Positions 58,765 through 64,000 of a DNA stretch of 64,000 bases are shown here, one piece after another. The stretch is from the NCBI GenBank assembly GCA_035304545.1, contig DATGPV010000061.1, positions 1,880-65,879 of the forward strand. The letters are read 5' to 3'. The DNA is from Limnochordales bacterium. Lineage in GTDB: Bacteria; Bacillota; Limnochordia; Limnochordales; ZCTH02-B6. The translations under genes were made by a program, and so were the position numbers. The notes beneath the pieces were generated by a model. The model was not told the origin of the DNA and searched no databases. It saw nothing but the letters and a program-made list of their open reading frames with translations. The stretch's first letter is position 1. Each line of letters opens with the position of its first letter.

Positions 58765-59319
58765 TCAAGGCTCCCCGCGGTCCGCCCCCAACTGGCGCAG
58801 GAGGATGGCGGCCTCAGCCCGGATCAGGGCGTTGGCGTGGCCCAAGGCCCCCTCCAGGGCCCCACGGGCCGGCGGACCGATGTCCTCCAGGGCGATGCCG
58901 GCGGAGGAGCGCACATCATCGTCGGGGTCGCCCAAAGCCTCGATGAGGGCCGGCACCGCGGGCGCGGCGCCGGCGCCAAAGGCGCCCAGCGACAGCGCCG
59001 CCGACGAGCGCACGGCTTCATCGGGATCGGACAAGGCGCCTGTCAGGGCCGGCACGGCCAGCCCGGCATGCTGAGGGCCCAACTCCCCCAGCTTGCGCGC
59101 GGCCGCGGCCCGCACGTTGGGATCGGGGTGCGCCAGGGCTTCCACCAGGGCCCTGGGCCCGGGCGGCGCCCCGGCGGCCGGAGGGCCAGGCGGCGGGGAA
59201 AGCTCCGGCGGTGAAAAGGCCCCCGGCGCCCCTTCCCTGGCCCTGTCCGGCCGGGAGGGGCCGGTCCCCGCCCCCAGGGCCTCCCGCAGCCGCTGCCACC
59301 AACGCCGCATGGGCCTCAC
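58765..59319 (-). CDS. HEAT-repeat (PBS-lyase-type) protein
   Basis: Four or more repeats of the xPDxxVRxxAAxALGxxG type (HPDPNVRAAAARKLGELG, DPDEAVRSSAALSLGAFG, DPDDDVRSSAGIALEDIG). Confidence 0.7.
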   Translation of the reverse strand: MRPMRRWWQRLREALGAGTGPSRPDRAREGAPGAFSPPELSPPPGPPAAGAPPGPRALVEALAHPDPNVRAAAARKLGELGPQHAGLAVPALTGALSDPDEAVRSSAALSLGAFGAGAAPAVPALIEALGDPDDDVRSSAGIALEDIGPPARGALEGALGHANALIRAEAAILLRQLGADRGEP

Positions 59320-59323
59320 CGCC

Positions 59324-60292
59324 TCACGGGATCAGGAGCAGCTTGCCCGCCGTCGCGCGGCCCTCCAGCAGGCGGTGGGCTTCCGCGGCCTGGGCCAAGG
59401 GCAGCGTCCGGTCGATGCGGAGCCGCACCCGGCCCGTGCGCAGCCACTCAAACAGCTCGCCGGCCCGGGACGAGAGTTCCGCGCGATCCAGCGTATAATG
59501 GGCCAGGGAAGGACGGGTCAGAAACAGGGAACCGTGCTGGTTGAGCACCTGGGGATCGATGGGCTCCACGGGCCCGCTGGACTGGCCAAACAGCACCAGG
59601 TACCCGCGGGGCTTCAGGCACCGCAGGCTGGCGGCAAAGGTAGTGCGGCCCACCGAGTCGTAGACCACGTCGACCCCTTTGCCGTCGGTGAGGCGCCGCA
59701 CTTCGGCCTCAAAGTCGGTTTCCGTATAGATGATGACCTCGTCGGCACCGGCTTCCCGGGCCAGGCGGGCCTTCTCCTCCGTGGACACCGTCCCGTACAC
59801 CGTTGCCCCCCGCAGCTTGGCCATCTGCACCAAAAGAAGCCCCACGCCGCCCGCGGCCGCGTGCACCAGCGCCCGGTGACCCGGCGCCAGCGGAAAGGTG
59901 CTGCAGGCCAAGTAATGGGCCGTCATCCCCTGCAGCATCGCCGCGGCGGCGTCCTCAAAGGAAACGTCCTCGGGCACCTTGACCAGCCGGTCCGCGGGCA
60001 CCACCTGGTATTGGGCGTAGCTCCCTATGGACATGGCGTGGGCCACCCGGTCTCCGGGCTGGAAGTCTTCCACACCCGGCCCGACGGCATCCACCACCCC
60101 CGCGGCCTCGCTGCCCGGGGTCATGGGCAAGGGCAGCGGGTACAGCCCCTTCCGGTGGTACACATCGATGAAGTTGACCCCCGCCGCCGCCACCTTGATG
60201 CGCACTTGCCCGGGGCCAGGCTCAGGGAGCGGCACCTCCTCGGGCACCAGCACCTCCGGCCCACCCGGCTGATGAACGCGAATTGCCAGCAT
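59324..60292 (-). CDS. qor: NADPH:quinone oxidoreductase (zeta-crystallin-like MDR)
   Basis: [52 protein letters not shown]...[14 protein letters not shown]. Confidence 0.85.
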   Translation of the reverse strand: MLAIRVHQPGGPEVLVPEEVPLPEPGPGQVRIKVAAAGVNFIDVYHRKGLYPLPLPMTPGSEAAGVVDAVGPGVEDFQPGDRVAHAMSIGSYAQYQVVPADRLVKVPEDVSFEDAAAAMLQGMTAHYLACSTFPLAPGHRALVHAAAGGVGLLLVQMAKLRGATVYGTVSTEEKARLAREAGADEVIIYTETDFEAEVRRLTDGKGVDVVYDSVGRTTFAASLRCLKPRGYLVLFGQSSGPVEPIDPQVLNQHGSLFLTRPSLAHYTLDRAELSSRAGELFEWLRTGRVRLRIDRTLPLAQAAEAHRLLEGRATAGKLLLIP

Positions 60293-60369
60293 CCGATCCA
60301 CCTCCCGGACAGGATTTCCGCCTTTCCTTGGCAAAACCCTTGGGAAACCGCGACGAGGAGGCACGCTCC

Positions 60370-62061
60370 ATGTCCGACACAGCCGTGCAAAAGGATTTGC
60401 GGACCCGCAGCATCGTCATCAGCGAAGGCGAAACCCGGGCCCCCAACCGGGCGATGCTGCGGGCCGTGGGTTTCACCGACGAAGACTTTAAGAAGCCCAT
60501 GATCGGTGTGGCCAGCACGTGGAGCGAAGTGACCCCCTGCAACGTCCACCTGGACGAACTGGCCCGCCGGGTCAAGGCCGCGGTGCGGGAGGCGGGCGGC
60601 GCGCCCCTCATCTTCAATACGATCACCGTCTCTGACGGCATCTCCATGGGCACCGAGGGCATGCACTTTTCCCTGCCCAGCCGCGAAGTCATCGCCGACT
60701 CCATTGAAACCGTGGTCCAGGCCGAGCGGCTGGACGGCCTGGTGGCCATCGGCGGCTGCGACAAGAACATGCCCGGCTGCATGATGGCCATCGCCCGGCT
60801 GGGGCTGCCCGCGGTGTTCCTCTACGGCGGCACCATCCGCCCGGGGCGCTGGAAGGATCGGGACATCGACATCGTCAGCGCCTTTGAGGCCGTGGGCCGC
60901 TACAACCGGGGCGACATCGACCGCGAGGAGCTGCACGCCATCGAGTGCCGCGCGTGCCCCGGACCGGGTTCCTGCGGGGGGATGTACACCGCCAACACCA
61001 TGGCCGCGGCCATCGAAGCCATGGGCATGAGCGTGCCCGGCAGCTCTTCCAACCCCGCCGAATCGCCGCTGAAGCTGCAGGACTGCGAGGCGTCGGGCCG
61101 GGCCCTGATGCACCTGATGGAGCGGGGCATTTACCCCAAGGACATCATGACCAAGGAAGCCTTCGAAAACGCCATCACGGTGGTCATGGCCCTGGGCGGC
61201 TCCACCAACGCGTTCCTGCACCTCATCGCCATCGCCCATTACCTGGACCTGGATCTCACCTACGACGACTTTGAGCGCATCCGCAAGCGCACGCCCCATA
61301 TCGGCGACTTGAAGCCCGGCGGCCGCTACGTGTTCCAGGACCTGCACGCGGTGGGCGGCGTCCCGGCGGTGATGAAGGAGCTCTTGGCGGCGGGGCTGCT
61401 GCACGGCGACTGCTTGACGGTGACCGGCAAGACGCTGGCGGAGAACTTGGCCGACTGGCCCGAGCTCCAGCGGGACCAGGACGTGGTGCGGCCCTTGGAC
61501 AATCCCCTGCGGGAGACGGGGCCCCTGGTGGTGCTGCGGGGCAACCTCGCGCCCGAGGGCGCGGTGGCCAAGATCGCCGGGCTCAAGGTGACCCGCATCA
61601 CAGGCCCGGCCCGGGTGTTCAACTCGGAAGAGGAGGCCACCAAGGCCCTGCTCAACGACGAAGTGAAGCCGGGCGACGTGGTCATCATCCGCTACGAAGG
61701 CCCCAAGGGCGGCCCCGGAATGCGGGAGATGCTGTCGGTGACCGCCATCGTAGTCGGCAAGGGGCTGGGCGAGTCCATCGGCCTCATCACCGACGGCCGC
61801 TTCTCGGGCGGCACCCACGGCCTGGTGGTGGGCCACGTGGCGCCCGAGGCCCAGGTGGGCGGCCCCATCGCGCTGGTGCAGGACGGCGACATGGTCACCA
61901 TCGACAGCGACAAAGGCGAGCTGTCGGTGGCCCTGTCCGATGAGGAGCTGGCCCGCCGCGCCGCCCAGTGGGAACCGCCGCCGCCCCGCTACACCCGGGG
62001 CGTGCTGGGCAAGTACGTCCGGCTGGTGTCGTCGGCGGCCCAAGGCGCCGTCACCGATTGA
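60370..62061 (+). CDS. ilvD: Dihydroxy-acid dehydratase
   Basis: [38 protein letters not shown]...GGCDKNMPG...[12 protein letters not shown]. The ATG at 60370 follows GAGGAGG. Confidence 0.95.
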   Translation: MSDTAVQKDLRTRSIVISEGETRAPNRAMLRAVGFTDEDFKKPMIGVASTWSEVTPCNVHLDELARRVKAAVREAGGAPLIFNTITVSDGISMGTEGMHFSLPSREVIADSIETVVQAERLDGLVAIGGCDKNMPGCMMAIARLGLPAVFLYGGTIRPGRWKDRDIDIVSAFEAVGRYNRGDIDREELHAIECRACPGPGSCGGMYTANTMAAAIEAMGMSVPGSSSNPAESPLKLQDCEASGRALMHLMERGIYPKDIMTKEAFENAITVVMALGGSTNAFLHLIAIAHYLDLDLTYDDFERIRKRTPHIGDLKPGGRYVFQDLHAVGGVPAVMKELLAAGLLHGDCLTVTGKTLAENLADWPELQRDQDVVRPLDNPLRETGPLVVLRGNLAPEGAVAKIAGLKVTRITGPARVFNSEEEATKALLNDEVKPGDVVIIRYEGPKGGPGMREMLSVTAIVVGKGLGESIGLITDGRFSGGTHGLVVGHVAPEAQVGGPIALVQDGDMVTIDSDKGELSVALSDEELARRAAQWEPPPPRYTRGVLGKYVRLVSSAAQGAVTD

Positions 62062-62149
62062 CGCGCCGCGACCGCGGCGCCGCCGTGACGCGCGGGCGCC
62101 GGCTTGACGGAAGCGCATCGCAGCTAGCCTACTCAAGGAGGGATGGCCG

Positions 62150-62671
62150 GTGAGCTTGCAAGGCAAGCGCATCGCGATTTTCGCGGAAGAAAACTACCAG
62201 ATCCTAGAGCTGTGGTACCCCCTGCTCCGCTTCAAGGAAGCCGGTGCAGAGGTCCAGGTGGTGGGATCCGGCCGGGCCGACGTGTTCCGCAGCAAGGAGG
62301 GCTACCCGGCCAAGGTGGACGTCAACGCCGCGGATGTCAAGGGAACGGACTTCGACGCGGTGGTGGTCCCCGGCGGGTACGCGCCCGACCACATGCGGGT
62401 CAACGAGGACATGATCCGCATCGTGCGGGAAGCCCACGGGGCGGGCAAGGTCGTGGCCGCCATCTGCCACGCCGGGTGGGTGCTGGCGTCGGCGGGCATC
62501 CTCAAGGGCAAGAAGGCCACCTGCGTGCGCAACATCAAGGACGACATCATCCACGCCGGCGCCACCTACGTGGACGAGGAAGTGGTGGTGGACGGCAACT
62601 TGATCACGTCTCGGACGCCCCCGGACTTGCCCGCCTTCTGCCGGGAGATCATCAAGGCGCTGGGCGGCTGA
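62150..62671 (+). CDS. DJ-1/PfpI-family protein (intracellular protease/deglycase type)
   Basis: 173 aa: KRIAIFAEENYQILELWYP...VVVPGGYAPD...VAAICHAGWVL (nucleophile-elbow Cys). Confidence 0.85.
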   Translation: MSLQGKRIAIFAEENYQILELWYPLLRFKEAGAEVQVVGSGRADVFRSKEGYPAKVDVNAADVKGTDFDAVVVPGGYAPDHMRVNEDMIRIVREAHGAGKVVAAICHAGWVLASAGILKGKKATCVRNIKDDIIHAGATYVDEEVVVDGNLITSRTPPDLPAFCREIIKALGG

Positions 62672-62688
62672 CGCCCGCGTCCTCGCCC

Positions 62689-62741
62689 CGGGCGGGAGGC
62701 CGCTGGCCGGCTCCCGCCCGCGGGAGCCTCGTCCGCTTTTT
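62689..62741 (+). terminator. Candidate terminator after the DJ-1/PfpI gene
   Basis: CGGGCGGGAG-N12-CTCCCGCCCG (or the alternative GGCTCCC-N6-GGGAGCC), with CTTTTTG 8-16 nt downstream. The spacing is suboptimal. Confidence 0.35.
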
Positions 62742-62783
62742 GTCAGGCCCACGCGGCCATGGCCTTGACGGAGGTGATGACCG

Positions 62784-63014
62784 GTGCCGACCTACGCCTT
62801 TTCGTGCCAGTCGTGCGGCCACCAGTTTGAGGTGGAAACTTCCTGGTCCCGCAAGGGCGAAACCCGCTGCCCCCAGTGCCACAGCCAGTCGCTCAAGGAA
62901 AACTTCGGCATGTACACTTTGACCGTGCTCTCGCCCTCGGCCAACGGCGAAGGGGCGCCCGCCTGCGCCTGCGGCAACCCCATGGGCGGCTGCGGGTTGG
63001 GAATCCATCAGTAA
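62784..63014 (+). CDS. FmdB-family zinc-ribbon protein
   Basis: MPTYAFSCQSCGHQFEVETSWSRKGETRCPQCHS... with a C-terminal Cys/Gly-rich tail. The GTG is 9-10 nt after GGAGG. Confidence 0.8.
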   Translation: MPTYAFSCQSCGHQFEVETSWSRKGETRCPQCHSQSLKENFGMYTLTVLSPSANGEGAPACACGNPMGGCGLGIHQ

Positions 63015-63027
63015 TCAAGGTGTCGGT

Positions 63028-63096
63028 CATCATGGTGACGCCACGGCGGCGCACCGTGGCGGCGGCGCCGCCGTGGCGCCGCCGCCATCATGGTGA
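63028..63096. repeat. Perfect 14-bp-stem hairpin flanked by an 11-bp direct repeat
   Basis: CATCATGGTGA (63028..63038) / CGCCACGGCGGCGC (63039..63052) / 12-nt loop / GCGCCGCCGTGGCG (63065..63078) / 7 nt / CATCATGGTGA (63086..63096). It lies between convergent genes. Confidence 0.7.
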
Positions 63097-63098
63097 AG

Positions 63099-64000
63099 CT
63101 ACGTGCGGAACAGCACCCGCTCGCTGGCAAAGGCCCGCAGCGCGAGGGCAAAGGCCAAGCCCGCCGCGGCCGCCAGCGATCCTAAGGTGAGCAGCAGCTG
63201 GGGCAGGCCTGCCGTCCCCTGGAGCACTTCCCGGCACACCAGCAGGACGTTGAGCACCGGCACCAAGTACATCCACAAAGCGGCCCCGGTCTCCTCCACA
63301 AACATGAGATACACGGCCGGCAGCATGACCGCGAACATGAGCCCGGTCACGTAGGCTTGGGCCTCCCGGAAGCTCTTGCTGAAGACGCTGAAGGCCAGCT
63401 GCACCGCGGAAACGAACGCGACGAAAAGGGTCATGGTCGCCAACAGGCCCAGCAAGCCGCTGGGGCTTAGCTCCACGGGCAGCCATCCTTGGGCGCCGAT
63501 GATCCGCGGCAAGAGGTAGAGCATGGACACGGACGTGCTCAAGACCAGCAAGAGCACCGCCACCATGGCGATGGTGGCCACCGCCAGCGCCTTGCCGGCC
63601 ACGATGACCGTCCCGGGCACGGGGGTCATGATGAGGCTTTCCAGGGAGTTGCGCTCCTTTTCGCCGGCCCCCGCGTCGATGGCGGTGTACATGCCGCCCG
63701 CCACGGCCCACACCACAATGAAGAAGGGCACCAGCATCCCCAGGATCCGGCCGCCCCACTGGGCGGGGGGCGTGATGTCGTGCTCCTCGACGACGAAAGG
63801 CTCCAGGAGGCCGGGCGACAGCCCGCGCGCTTGCAGGCGCCCGGCGATGACCTCGCGGCTGTAGCGCTCCAGGAGGGCGCCCCACAGCGCTGCCGCCCGG
63901 GCTGACCGCGGGTTGCCGCCTGCCACAACGACCCGCACGGTCACGGGTTCCTCGGCGGCGGCCCGGTCCCTGGCGTCCGGGGGCAGCTCCACCACCAGCT
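63099..64000 (-). CDS. ABC-2-type transporter permease (NatB-like); N-terminus beyond window edge
   Basis: The frame is open to the window end. Several C-terminal TM helices are present (FFIVVWAVAGGMYTAI..., LLVLSTSVSMLYLLP..., LLGLLATMTLFVAFVSAV...), and the pattern resembles a NatB/ABC2_membrane_3 protein. Confidence 0.7.
   Translation of the reverse strand, partial: LVVELPPDARDRAAAEEPVTVRVVVAGGNPRSARAAALWGALLERYSREVIAGRLQARGLSPGLLEPFVVEEHDITPPAQWGGRILGMLVPFFIVVWAVAGGMYTAIDAGAGEKERNSLESLIMTPVPGTVIVAGKALAVATIAMVAVLLLVLSTSVSMLYLLPRIIGAQGWLPVELSPSGLLGLLATMTLFVAFVSAVQLAFSVFSKSFREAQAYVTGLMFAVMLPAVYLMFVEETGAALWMYLVPVLNVLLVCREVLQGTAGLPQLLLTLGSLAAAAGLAFALALRAFASERVLFRT

Noticed and set aside
1-64000. 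Window-wide scan for CRISPR arrays, rRNA/tRNA genes, transposases, integrases, phage genes, and toxin-antitoxin or defence modules.
   Set aside because: I found no regularly spaced repeats, no cloverleaf-like or rRNA-like conserved stretches in the intergenic regions inspected, and no ORF with recombinase, transposase or nuclease signatures. Without tools this is a by-eye negative, not proof of absence.

Overview
This is a very GC-rich bacterial chromosome segment. Several signals look Firmicutes-like: a T-box leader, AhrC-type ARG boxes, a CwlD-like amidase and a split cytochrome b6/subunit IV. It is almost entirely core metabolism, transcribed mostly from the minus strand. Left to right the window holds: (1) a System I cytochrome c maturation cluster (ccmE-A-B-C-D-ccdA) and ppa; (2) a Leu T-box-controlled operon (ilvB-ilvN-ilvC-aminotransferase-serA-leuA-leuC-leuD-cimA); (3) selD; (4) an arginine operon (argC-J-B-D-carB) behind an ARG-box promoter; (5) murA, a cwlD-like gene and a co-directional run of a methyltransferase, an FAD oxidoreductase, 5-FTHF cyclo-ligase, an EamA transporter, two M16 peptidases and a Ski2-like helicase; (6) queG, ltaE, a secreted hypothetical, an M32 carboxypeptidase and trxA; (7) an FAD-oxidoreductase/PduO adenosyltransferase pair; (8) a LolA-like/HEAT-like pair; (9) a Mo-oxidoreductase, an atypical argF-like gene, moeA and an HD protein; (10) a Rieske/cytochrome b6/subunit IV/dihaem-c operon that also carries a small TM ORF, a membrane protein and a polyferredoxin; (11) an MBL hydrolase, an M42 peptidase, csaA, csp, ctaA, a HEAT protein, qor, ilvD, a DJ-1/PfpI protein, an FmdB zinc ribbon and a partial ABC-2 permease. 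I saw no rRNA or tRNA genes, CRISPR arrays, transposases, integrases or recognisable defence or toxin modules. I did not find a convincing self-contained novel system. The most noteworthy observations are: selenocysteine recoding in selD that the ORF track missed; a Cys-type (CxxxY) CcmE in a variant System I cluster; an ARG-box-regulated transcarbamylase whose ornithine-binding motifs are non-canonical; an unusually organised bc-type operon (b6-IV-Rieske-small ORF-dihaem c-membrane protein-polyferredoxin, APWY instead of PEWY, no haem-ci Cys); a Leu T-box operon that embeds serine genes and cimA but lacks leuB; and several unexplained structured or repeat-containing intergenic regions. Many ORF-track entries are N-terminally over-extended or are antisense artefacts typical of high-GC DNA. 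Start coordinates below were re-picked by hand and remain approximate.
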